DNA of 64,000 nucleotides from Haliotis rufescens (Eukaryota): NCBI RefSeq assembly GCF_023055435.1, contig NW_025963846.1, positions 15,810,001 to 15,874,000 of the forward strand, read 5' to 3'. Shown piece by piece: positions 39,214 to 51,332 of this stretch (position 1 is its first letter; each line of letters starts with the position of its first letter). The notes under the pieces were generated by a model. It saw only the letters and a program-made list of their open reading frames with translations, ran no database searches and was not told where the DNA came from. The position numbers and the translations under genes were made by a program.

Positions 39214-41794
39214 ATGGCCAAGTTACTGCTTGTCGTAGTTTTGACTGTGCTGTCCATATCTGTGATTACAGAGGCACAGTTAGGTGACAGTAAGTATATG
39301 TTTGTTTGCTAGTTTTGTTTGTTTCTCTCTTTTCTAATCTTTAAAACGTTGACGTGTATGCACAAAGTCAATATACTGTGAAACAATGTCATCAAATGTA
39401 CGAAAATGTGATGTCAAGACGTCGTATTCTCGTCATAATGGCGTAATGTCTATATTCACCAAACGACGTAATCTTTAAAACGTCTTGACGTGTATGCACA
39501 TGGTCAATATATTGTCATAACAGATTTTCAAGTTTCAGAAAGTGTGATTGCATGATATTTTCACCATAATGGCGAAATGTCTGTATTTATAAAACTACTC
39601 CATGAACACTTACACAAATTCAAGCGTACAATTAAACCTCAAAGCTTTATCACTTGGACAATCGTACTGATATGATGTCACATATTTTAAACACACTTTC
39701 CATGAAGAGGAGATATTCAGTTTTTTTATTCTCTGATGAGATCTATCGGAAGAACACACTGCTTTACTATTATCAATATATACTTGAAACATGACGGTTA
39801 GAAATAACCCTGAAGTACATGTATTCACAGAACAGTAATCTAGGGATGGAAATTAGCATGGAGTACATGCATTCATATAACAGTAATCTAGGGATGGAAA
39901 TAAACCTGGAGTACATGTTTTCACAGAACAGTAATCTAGGGATGGAAATAAGCCTGGAGTACATGTATTCACAAAACGGTAATCTAGGGATGGAAATAAG
40001 CCTGAAGTACATGTATTCATAGAACAGTAATCTAGGGATCTAAACAAGCCTGGAGTACATGCATTAATATAACAGTAATGTAGGGAAAATGAATGGTTGA
40101 TAGTTAATATTACAATCATTTGCCGCAGATTGTCCTCCCAACTGTCGTGAGAGCGAGTGCACATTCATGGGATGTCTCGACTGTGACGTGGGCTTCTGCC
40201 ATTATTCCGGTGATATGGGGTGAGAAGAATACAGCAGATATCAAATCGGTGCTTGTCGTGAGATAGAAGGACGGGGAACACCAGAAATGGGCTTCACACG
40301 TTGTATCCGTGTGGGGAATCGAACCTGGGCCTTAGGCGTGACGAGCCAACGCTTTAACCACCGAGCTACCTTACCACCCCTGCTTGGGGTGAGAACCGAC
40401 TTGGGTGGTTACAGTGTGTTCCTGGCCGACTGTGTGTCTAATGCCTCGACTGGCTACCGCGGTGCTCAACCTATCAACCACTGTTATGCCTCCTCATATT
40501 CGGGTACTTCAGGCCTCGTTATAGCTGCAGTAATGTTGACTGCGGCGTATTCGGTGATAACACTTTGTAACACTTCTGATGAAATGATGGAGGTGATGCG
40601 AGCTAAGACAAGGATTAAATCCAAATAAAAAGTAATAATCACGCAAGAATAATATATGTGAAACTTTCAAATTACCAAGACGGAGATTGAAAGACGATCG
40701 TTAGATTCGTTAAACATATATTTATGAATTCAATGCAAATTCCACTGTATTGACAACAGTCGAGAAAGTACAGCTCTCGTAAATTATTCAATATTATTAA
40801 TTGTTATGGAAATATCGAAATAATGTTTTTGAATTTTGATGCATATATTCGAATATTCGATACGTAATGTAACATATATAGTCTCATATTAAGCGGTATC
40901 AAATCTACGGTAACATGTCTCTAAATTCATAGTAGCATGATCGACTGATGGTAATAGATTGTTGCTTTTGTCCGACAGAAAAATCTCATGCGTCAAAAAG
41001 TGCCCGAATGGAATGTACTGTGAACATAACTACCGCATGTGTATCAACGTAAGTCCGCAATGCTTAACTTCTCGACACATTGTTTCCAGGACATCTGAGA
41101 TATCCATCGAACATGTTTGTTGTTAGCATCTGAGGCAAATAAAAAAGCAACCCAGCCTTCATCCGGCATATTAACAATGTACATTTTAAACTGTGGGGCA
41201 AAATTATGTAACTTGAAAATTCGATTTGACCAAGAAATCACAAACCTAATCAAAACGTTACGAGACTGACAACAGTCGCCGTAACACTGCAAACTTAAAA
41301 GTCCAAAACACATCAATGATATCCGTATCAAATACATCACCATCGAACAACAATGTTTGTTTGTTTTATTTTTAGAAACCATTAAACATGGGTGTTCACT
41401 TTCTTTTGCCCAGCAGTTTATATACAAAAAGGTTTTCCGAGAGTTAACGTGAAACATGGACATTGTGATGGAAATCAGAGATAGTCGACATCATTCTTTT
41501 CTAATTTTTCGTTAAAGAGAGACCTAAAATTCTGTTCCCGTATTCTGTCCACCTGTTGTGTAAAAGTGAATACTTTATCACCGCTTCTCTCAATCTGTGA
41601 TAGGAAAAACGTGTAACCTGGATAAGAGTGTGACGTCATGCCCCGACGACGTAGATCGTTGCTCATGCTGTTAGCCACCGGTTCGAATGGAACAGAGTCC
41701 ATTAGCTGACTGCGGCATAACACAACATCCACTTGTTTTTGCTCTCAACTCCCCTAGGCTAAGGTTAACTGCCAAATCGTTTTCTTTGTAGTGA
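39214..41794 (+). CDS. Secreted 10-Cys furin-like-repeat peptide, paralog 5 (79 aa)
   Basis: Exons 39214-39289, 40129-40219, 40979-41048, 41792-41794 (TGA) give MAKLLLVVVLTVLSISVITEA|QLGDNCPPNCRESECTFMGCLDCDVGFCHYSGDMGKISCVKKCPNGMYCEHNYRMCIN*. AATAAA 41919-41924. Confidence 0.9.
39802..40085. repeat. Minisatellite, 48 bp x about 6, in intron 1 of paralog 5
   Basis: Units at 39809, 39857, 39905, 39953, 40001, 40049. Confidence 0.95.
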
Positions 41795-42449
41795 AGTGAG
41801 GCTGACAGCGGGGAGCCGGAAGTAAAGAAATCCAAAGAAATCTCTGAACACTTCATCGGACTTCTGGGGTTCATCATGATTGAGTGTTGATCTTTTTAAT
41901 TACCATATAAAATCACTGAATAAATTGATGCAATAAACACTTTTCGTTTTGAGACGAGATCTAAGGTAAAATCTGTGACTTTGCTGCCTAAACGTGGAGA
42001 GCTCGATATGTTTTCTATTCACCTAACGCCAGTGGAAAGGACACCTGAGAGGTGAGGTGAATTGGGCTTCACACACACCACGTTCAAAGTTATTCCACTT
42101 ACATAGCAAAGTAAATGCATGTGTGTTGCTGCGTGTACTAGTCCAGACTTATGCCGGATATATGGTGCTTACCCATTGAGATACCATGGCGCAGCTCAAC
42201 TCGGACACATTATACTATCCTGAGAAGCCCAAGGGAGGCAACCGAGGCTGCTCATGAAACAGTAATGATCAATATTCAACCAGGGCCACTCTGCACCTCA
42301 TTATGACTAAATCCCTTTGTGTTTAATAATATTAACGTTGTGAAATGGTTTTATGTCTTGGCCGCACACGCCAGCAGCCCAGGACATAATCCAGGCTGTG
42401 ATAATTTGATAATGTATGATAGATCTTAACTTCGGTTTCTCGGTGTGAG

Positions 42450-43100
42450 ATCACTGACGCCTCGGATTCAAATGACGTGCAGTAAGTGTGTGGGATGACA
42501 CGTGGACGTCGTGCAGGCAAATGACATATGTGAAGACGATTTCGCCCGTATGCGTACTCTTACATGCCATCGTACTCACTAATCTGACCTGGGCTGGAGT
42601 TCTCCTTGGGCGTCTTCGATCATCGACGTTATGTGTTTGTTGGTATCGGGCCCACAGTCTGCTGATCACAGATTGAGAAACATGCAGCGTTTGGGCAACA
42701 ATATGCTGACGTGTCTACCTGCAACATGCCTATGTCACGTAAACGTTCAGCATGTTTAAACGTCGCATCATAGATGCTGTTGCTTCCTTTATTATTACAT
42801 GAGTTTAATACAGTGTGATTGAGCCTTTGGTTCCTGGAAAACAATACGCATCTGAGTGACAATAGTCACCTGCGTCTGAGTGACAATAGTCACCTGCGTC
42901 TGATTGACAATAGTCACCTGCGTCTGAGTGACAATAGTCACCTGCTGTCCGAAGACACGTTTTTCGTGATTGTCAAAATGTTGTGTTTGGAGGCTTGATT
43001 TCTTCGGAAATGTTCAAACCACATAAATCACTTACTGTAATTACCAGACATAGGTGTATTTGTCTGTAGTTTCACCTCACACAAAATATCTCCTGTGATC
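42450..43100 (-). mobile_element. Tc1-like 5' remnant with internal 24-bp tandem repeat
   Basis: ISRLWARYQQTHNVDDRRRPR resembles the Tc1 N-terminal HTH/GRPR region; cgtctgagtgacaatagtcacctg x4 at about 42848-42945. Confidence 0.55.
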
Positions 43101-43689
43101 TTGCATAGTATATGCATAGCAAGGGACTGGGCGTGGTTGAAGAAATACCAACAGATTAGATTAGATGCTCTATCGAATAGACCACAAAGGGGGTCGTATA
43201 TGATATGGATACTTACAAGTTGAACTCTGCTTCTGTGTGTATGTAGATGTGTAATGGTATATAATTCTACATGCAGTCAGTGATATTCAGTTTCTCATAC
43301 AATTCCACAATGACAAAATATATTTTATTACCCTGACTTTGAACGAATTCCTGACATAGCAAGGGACAGGGTGGGGTTAAAGAAATACTACAGATTAGAT
43401 TAGATATAAATAGAAAATACATATCTGACAAAACACACACGGTCAAATACTAACACTGCTGCAGGTGAAGATTAACTTGGCATTCACTGGGGTTCAAATA
43501 TGAGGTCAGATTCATTCCTGTGTGTTCTGTCTTATTTGTTTATCCAGTCTATAATAAATGATGAATGGGAAATAAAATAAACTTTGAAGTGTATTGTTGT
43601 AGTGTCTTATCAAAGTCTATTTAATACCATTTGGCATGGTAAAGAATAAAGTAGTGGGTGACCACACTTCAGCCATGGCAAGATACGAT

Positions 43690-45545
43690 AAAAACGGTGT
43701 TCATCCAAACTCTAGCAACCCTTCAGGAAACGTTTGTAGTTGTTCCCACTTCATTAATTATTTGATAAAAAAACTCGGTATAACAAACATATCAAATAAT
43801 GCCACATATAAGCCTAGTATGTTAACTGAGGAAGAAATCTGTCAAAGCCATGCAATAGTACTATCAACTATTGACTTGACTCTAATACCTGTAGACACGC
43901 CCATTCCCCTTTTGTACTACATTCCAAAGTTCCATAAACTGTACCACCAATTCCCCATCTCAACCATTCACCATAATTCTTAATACTATCAAGGAAGGAC
44001 CTTCTTTATATTCGCAGAAAGTATTTGAGACAAATGGAAATCATACCATGTGGATTTTCAAAAACGCAAAGGATTTTCTTGAGTCTCAGAACAGAGCCAA
44101 GTTCAATTTTGTCCAAACATTTGATTTTGTACACAGCTAACCCACATTAACGCAAACTTAAGTAAAAACGTCCATCCTTGATCCATGGGGCTGTTGTTAC
44201 ATTGATACAGTGACATATCTATTGACACATTGTCAAAAATGAAAACCAAAGCCATCCAAGGTTTTCAGAGAAAACAATATGTGACATGCTGGATTTCCTT
44301 ATAGAACACGTCAATGTATATTTTGGGGGTAAAACGATTAGGCAAGAAGTAGGCATCCTCATGGGCACCAAGTGGGGTCCCCTTCTTGCTGATCTTTTTC
44401 TTTATGTCTATGAACTGAAATTTCTGCTCGGGTTGGCAAAGTCAAAACAATGTAGTTTGACCAAGAAGTTTAACCTTAAGCTTTAGGAATATTGATGATC
44501 AGGGTGCCCTTGTACAAAACCTTAGCGCTACGACTGTCGTAAGCCTATGTTAAGGTATTGGAGTTACGATCACCTTAGCGCTACGATCGCTTTGTACAAC
44601 GTCACAGTGATATTCAGTAACAATCAAATACCCAATGCCCTTCCACTGATGTACCCACCTGAACTACAAAAAAAGAAGACCAATGAGACCGCCTCATCTG
44701 ATTTATAATTAGCTCTATGCATAAAGATCCAGAGTGACAAAACACTCTCTACAAGACTGTATGGCATGGAGGAGGATGTCAACTTTCAAATAGTCAACTT
44801 TCCTATATTTCGAGCAATATTAAAGCAGCTCCAGACTTTGGCGTCAACAGTTCACAACTTTTGAGGTACAATCGAGTATGCTCTTTCTTCCAAGATTTCA
44901 AGAGCGTATCCTGCTCAGAAGCTGTTTGATAAAGATAATAGTGAGTGAGTCTGGTTTAACACCGTTTTTTGAACAGTATTACAGTTTTATCGCGGCGTGC
45001 CATCTTAATATGGGACGAAAGCAAGTGATGCAGGTCTCAGACGTTTACCACTTCGGTGAAACCCACGAGCACGGGTATGGTGCTGACAAAGAAACATAAT
45101 AGGGGCGAACCGGGATTCGAACTGGCGTGCCCAAGGGACGCAACTCTACACAGCAAATCGCGGCGCCTTAGACGACTGGGCTACCTGTGCCCCCGATCAA
45201 GATTACAACCTTCAATGCTTCTGTAAAGCTTTCAAAACGTTTTACCGTAGATATATGGAGGACATTTCCAAATTTGAACGATGTCCGATGCCAATCCCTA
45301 TTTTGTATCATATGTTCCAATGTTGTTTTCAGGTGAACAATTTACTTTCATTTGCATGTGTTTGTGACGGGTGCCATCGGTTGGGCAGGATACACTCTGC
45401 TGTTCGCGAAAACCTGGCATCATCACTATTTGATGGTGATTCATAAACACTTGCTCATGTTATAGTACAATCGTACAATCGAGTCTCCATTCACAGAGAT
45501 TTCTTATGAATTATATGCAAAGGTTTTGCCTCTTGTATTCTAACG
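43690..45545 (+). mobile_element. Penelope-like retroelement fragment, interrupted by a MITE and a SINE
   Basis: PLLYYIPKFHK, QTFDF, MLDFLIEHVNVYFGG..GILMGTKWGPLLADLFLYVYE; nucleotide similarity to 35535-36680. Confidence 0.8.
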
Positions 45546-47492
45546 CATTCAGTCGGCAACTGCGCAAGAGTATTACAGCGTACAAAAAACACAATGTTTT
45601 TAGATGGATATTAACTACATACTTTTACCCCACGGAGATTTCTGGGCCAAAAGAATTTCCCAGTAACCCTCCCTCCCTCCACCAAACAGAAAACTCACAA
45701 AGGCAATTGTCGAGGCAAAACATAGGAATCCGCGCCGTAGGGGTACGATGGCACTCAAACTCAGGACTGGGGGTAGCAAAGTTTGACCTGACTCATTGAG
45801 TGTCATCGTACACCTGCGGAGCGGGTTCTTAAGTATACTTTGTCACTGGCTTGCCTGAACTCTGTGATATTGCCTTAATGTGGAGATCACTTATAATGTG
45901 TTAATTCGTGATGACTCTTGTTTATTTACCGCACACATATCAGCTTAAAGACTCATTTATAAAAAAAAAAAACGGTGGCGGATCTCCTGGCCCGTTGTTT
46001 TTTTATAACCAAGAATATTGCTGACTCCCTCTTAAGCAATCTTCCTTCACAGTGATATTCAGTAACAATCAAATACCCAATGCCCTTCCACTGATGTACC
46101 CACCTGAACTACAAAAAAGAAGACCAATGAGACCGCCTCATCTGATTTATAATTAGCTCTATGCATAAAGATCCAGAGTGACAAAACACTCTCTACAAGA
46201 CTGTATGGCATGGAGGAGGATGTCAACTTTCAAATAGTCAACTTTCCTATATTTCGAGCAATATTAAAGCAGCTCCAGACTTTGGCGTCAACAGTTCACA
46301 ACTTTTGAGGTACAATCGAGTATGCTCTTTCTTCCAAGATTTCAAGAGCGTATCCTGCTCAGAAGCTGTTTGATAAAGATAATAGTGAGTGAGTCTGGTT
46401 TAACACCGTTTTTAACAGTATTACAGTTTTATCGCGGCGTGCCATCTTAATATGGGACGAAAGCAAGTGATGCAGGTCTCAGACGTTTACCACTTCGGTG
46501 AAACCCACGAGCACGGGTATGGTGCTGACAAAGAAACATAATAGGGGCGAACCGGGATTCGAACTGGCGTGCCCAAGGGACGCAACTCTACACAGCAAAT
46601 CGCGGCGCCTTAGACGACTGGGCTACCTGTGCCCCCGATCAAGATTACAACCTTCAATGCTTCTGTAAAGCTTTCAAAACGTTTTACCGTAGATATATGG
46701 AGGACATTTCCAAATTTGAACGATGTCCGATGCCAATCCCTATTTTGTATCATATGTTCCAATGTTGTTTTCAGGTGAACAATTTACTTTCATTTGCATG
46801 TGTTTGTGACGGGTGCCATCGGTTGGGCAGGATACACTCTGCTGTTCGCGAAAACCTGGCATCATCACTATTTGATGGTGATTCATAAACACTTGCTCAT
46901 GTTATAGTACAATCGTACAATCGAGTCTCCATTCACAGAGATTTCTTATGAATTATATGCAAAGGTTTTGCCTCTTGTATTCTAACGCATTCAGTCGGCA
47001 ACTGCGCAAGAGTATTACAGCGTACAAAAAACACAATGTTTTTAGATGGATATTAACTACATACTTTTACCCCACGGAGATTTCTGGGCCAAAAGAATTT
47101 CCCAGTAACCCTCCCTCCCTCCACCTAACAGAAAACTCACAAAGGCAATTGTCGAGGCAAAACATAGGAATCCGCGCCGTAGGGGTACGATGGCACTCAA
47201 ACTCAGGACTGGGGGTAGCAAAGTTTGACCTGACTCATTGAGTGTCATCGTACACCTGCGGAGCGGGTTCTTAAGTATACTTTGTCACTGGCTTGCCTGA
47301 ACTCTGTGATATTGCCTTAATGTGGAGATCACTTATAATGTGTTAATTCGTGATGACTCTTGTTTATTTACCGCACACATATCAGCTTAAAGACTCATTT
47401 ATAAAAAAAAAAAACGGTGGCGGATCTCCTGGCCCGTTGTTTTTTTATAACCAAGAATATTGCTGACTCCCTCTTAAGCAATCTTCCTTCAC
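44602..47492. repeat. Near-identical 1.44-kb tandem duplication
   Basis: 44602-46046 is repeated at 46047-47492 with very few differences; paired ORFs 45255/46697 and 45506/46948; TCAC at the junctions. Confidence 0.95.
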
Positions 47493-48660
47493 TCACTCAT
47501 ATACAATTTCATTACGAAACTGATATTGTTGTTAATGCGGGGGACGCTTAAAATCATGTGTTTATTCGTAATGGCTCGTGTCTTTCCTGTACAAATATCA
47601 GTTTAAAGATTCATTGAAAACAGGGACGGAGTCATTGTTTAAGATGTTCCATTCCAATGAATTGACAGTAACAGGACAACCTGTACAATGAATACTTGGA
47701 AGACTTAATTTACATAAACATCAATCCCAGTTATCAATATTGTAACAATGGCTAATACATACTGGCAATATAAACACTGTTGCTCCTTAATGTGAACATA
47801 TGGGTCACAATAATTGATAATTTTAACAAGGCGTTCTCATCAGTTTGTAGAACCTCACACAATTTATTACCGCCTGTAGGAAATATCCCTTGCAAAATCT
47901 GCAAAAGTTTAGTTTTTTGTTTTGTTTTTATTACTTCAGAGTTACAGGTTTATTAGTTCAAATGACGCGACCTCCCGTGAAAGAGGACGGTGGGGTAGCT
48001 TAGAGGTTAAAGCGTTCGCTCGTCACGCCGAAAACCTGGGTTCGATTCCAAACATGGGTACTATGTGTAAAGCCCATTTCTGGTTCCCCCCGTCGGAATA
48101 GTGCTTGCATATTGCTAAAAGCGGCATAAAACCATACTCACTCACTCCAGTGAGAGGTATCGTAAAGGAGTAAGAGATTTGGTTTGATTGATTACAGATC
48201 GAGGGGAAGGAGAGTTGCTTCCCTTTGCCGTGCAAGGATCCATGCCCGTCAGGGATACGGCTAATAGTGATCGGATGGTCACAATTTGTCATCTTGTTTA
48301 CAGTGAGCAGGGTACACCTATTTATGCAGTCAACCACTGGTGTATCTTGCCCAATATGTTCCTCCTCTCAATCGCTGCTGAACAATGGCTATAGCATGAA
48401 CATATATACACACGAAGCTTTATCGGTGATATATTCAAGTACTGGACAGTTTTGCTGTTCTTTATTTGTATTTCACTACGTGTCTTGAAGTCTTGTGGCT
48501 TTGTTTGGTGTCTTCTTGTGTCCATACGACATGCCACCGAAACCAGACCACTGGTCAAACATTATAATGATCAGCATGATTTTAGATCTATTTGAAGTCC
48601 ACAGTGCTCTAATATGTGAAAAACATACACTTTTGCTGCCCCGATTTACCACAGAGCACC

Positions 48661-49018
48661 NNNNNNNNNNNNNNNNNNNNNNNNNNNNNNNNNNNNNNNN
48701 NNNNNNNNNNNNNNNNNNNNNNNNNNNNNNNNNNNNNNNNNNNNNNNNNNNNNNNNNNNNNNNNNNNNNNNNNNNNNNNNNNNNNNNNNNNNNNNNNNNN
48801 NNNNNNNNNNNNNNNNNNNNNNNNNNNNNNNNNNNNNNNNNNNNNNNNNNNNNNNNNNNNNNNNNNNNNNNNNNNNNNNNNNNNNNNNNNNNNNNNNNNN
48901 NNNNNNNNNNNNNNNNNNNNNNNNNNNNNNNNNNNNNNNNNNNNNNNNNNNNNNNNNNNNNNNNNNNNNNNNNNNNNNNNNNNNNNNNNNNNNNNNNNNN
49001 NNNNNNNNNNNNNNNNNN
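48661..49018. other. Assembly gap (may hide exons 1-2 of paralog 6)
   Basis: Run of N directly upstream of intron-2-homologous sequence. Confidence 1.
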
Positions 49019-49075
49019 CAAGTTTACAGAAGCCTGATCTCCTGAAGGTAACACGTTATTTGTCTTGTCCGACAG

Positions 49076-50230
49076 ATTCATATGCATCAAAACGTGCCCG
49101 GTTAGAATGTATTGCCAACACAGTGTTCTCGCCATGGGGAGAAGGTGGCAATAAGTGGTGCACTTGTGCCCAATCCCTTTGTCTTTTGGATAACAAAATA
49201 TGTTTAAAACAATCACGTGGTAAACACGTTCCTTCTTCTCAACACATTGTTTTCAGGACATCCAACATAGCCAGCGAACATTTTTGTTGGTAGAACCTCT
49301 TTTCGAGTTTTTTCTTCAACAGAAAAAAACAGCCTTTACCCGACACAGTAACACAACACACACCAAAACATTTTCCCAGAGTGAACGTGAAACAAGGATA
49401 TTGTTATCGAAATCATGGCTAGTCGACATTATTTATTTCCAAATGTTCCTTTGAGAAGGACATAAACCCATGCTCCCGTATTACAAAAAGTCCACCTAGA
49501 GTTATAGCTAATATTTGTGTGCAGTAGATTACTAAATGAACGGCATTGTCAGCGGAAGGCAAGGGAATATTGTATAAGCGCTTCGCTCAATCTATGCAAC
49601 GGATTCAGTTGTTTTCCTGTTTGCTAGCAGGAAAACGCGTGCGTTTGGATCTCGAGGCAGCAAAGTTGTTTTAGCAACACCGCTCTTTGTCTTTGTGACA
49701 AATGCATTTTGCTATGGGTCGGGATATACATACTTCAGTCGGGCGGTTGCTATTGTTTTTTTTCTTAATTCTGACACATATACTAATAGAGTCGGGTGCT
49801 GACTAAATTAGACGTTTACTGTCCCTGCCTTTTCAATAGAGACGATCGGAACGAACAACTGTGTGCCGAAGTGAGGAAAGCCAAGGGAACTTCTGAACAC
49901 TTCATGGGACCCGTGAAGAATAGGTCTTCAGTAACCCATGCTTGCCGTAAAATGCGACTATGCTTGTCGTAAAAGGCGACTAACGGGATCGGTGGTCAGG
50001 CTTGCTGACTTGGTTGATGCATGTCATCGTATCCCAACTGCGTGGATCGATGCTCACGATGTCAATCACTGGATTGTCAGGTCCAGACTCGATTATTTAC
50101 AGACCGCCGCCCTATAGCTGGAATATTGCTGTATGCGGCGTTAAACAACAAACAAACTTCATGGGACTTCTTGCATTCATTATAATTGAGATTTGATCTG
50201 TGCAAGTACTGGATAAACTCACTGAATAAA
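49076..50230 (+). pseudogene. Paralog 6 of the Cys-rich peptide family, partial or degenerate (exons 3-4 only visible)
   Basis: Acceptor tgtccgacag at 49075 is followed by FICIKTCPVRMYCQHSVLAMGRRWQ* (49076-49154). The last Cys and the gtaagt donor are missing. Homologous intron 3 and terminal exon (acceptor 49839, AATAAA 50225) follow. Exons 1-2 are not seen; an assembly gap lies immediately upstream. Confidence 0.65.
49911..50155 (+). mobile_element. SINE family B (AAAC-repeat tail) inserted in the 3' UTR of paralog 6
   Basis: 12-bp TSD acttcatgggac (49899-49910 and 50156-50167). Other copies at about 18700-18900(+), 28195-28345(-), 32105-32345(-), 52765-52990(-). Confidence 0.85.
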
Positions 50231-50504
50231 TTGATGCAATTAATAGTTTTCGTTTTGATTTATTTTATAACGACATAGATCTTAGGTAAGATTTTTTACA
50301 TTGCTGCCTAAAAGTTTCCTATTCACCTGTCGCCAAGAGAAAGGAAACGCATCTTGAGCGGTGAGGTGAAATGGGGCGTCAGATGATTGTCATCGCATTT
50401 GCATTTTAGTCCAGTGGTCTGTTTCGTTGGATAATCAAGTCTGATTATTATCTGGCTTTGACGTTTTATATTAACATCGCGTTCATTGTTGCACTTACAT
50501 ACCG

Positions 50505-50705
50505 ACATGCATGTGTGTGTGTGTGTGGCTGCTTGTACTAGACGTGCATGTGCGTGTGTGTGTGGCTGCTTGTACTAGACGTGCATGTGTGTGTGTGTGG
50601 CTGCTTGTACTAGACGTGCATGTGTGTGTGTGTGTGGCTGCTTGTACTAGACGTGCATGTGTGTGTGTGGCTGCTTGTACTAGACGTGCATGTGTGTGTG
50701 TGGCT
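50505..50705. repeat. Compound minisatellite ggctgcttgtactagacgtgcat(gt)n x5
   Basis: Direct inspection. Confidence 0.9.
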
Positions 50706-50874
50706 GATTTACTCACCAATTTCTAGAATGCCAATCAAACAATTACGACTCAGTACTTGTGACCATCTGGTGAAACATACAATGTTCTTGTACAAAGGTT
50801 TCAGCGGGTGTCAGTGGTATCCTAGCCATTTATAAAAATGAGGTCAATGTCTCAAGTACATATTTCCAAAAGAG

Positions 50875-51332
50875 TGAGTGACTTGGGGTTAACGCCGCTT
50901 TTAACAGTATTCCAGTTATATCACGGCGTGTCAGCTTAATGTGGGGGGAAAGCCCGAAGTGATGCAGGTCTCAGACGTTTACCACTTCGGTGAAACCCGC
51001 AAGCACGGGTATGGTGCTGACGAACCTAGAAACACGATAGGGGCGAACCGGGATTCGAACTGGCGTGCCCAAGGGACGCAACTCTGCACAGTGAATCGCG
51101 GCGCCTGAGACGACTGGGCTACCTGTGACCCCGATCAAGATTACAACCTTCAATGCTTCTGTAAAGCTTTCAAAACGTTTAACCGTAGATATATGGAGGA
51201 CATTTCCAAATTTGGACCTAATCGGGGCAACGGGGATTCGAACCCACAATCATAGGTTTCTGGTGTGACCAAGGGACGCAACTCTGCACAGCGAATTGCA
51301 GCGCCTTAGACGACTGGGCCATCCGTGCCCCC
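50875..51332 (-). mobile_element. Dimeric tRNA-derived SINE, family C
   Basis: Two tandem tRNA-like units (about 51225-51332 and 51039-51132), each with A box, B box and ggggc..gcccc ends, then an ACTC tail. Related copies at about 1124-1270, 44940-45290, 46385-46730, 54445-54665. Confidence 0.7.

Noticed and set aside
48476-49293. Long ORFs spanning N runs (also 37964-38385)
   Set aside because: Artefacts of assembly gaps.
51225-51332. tRNA gene
   Set aside because: It has A/B boxes but no proper anticodon arm and lies within a multi-copy SINE.
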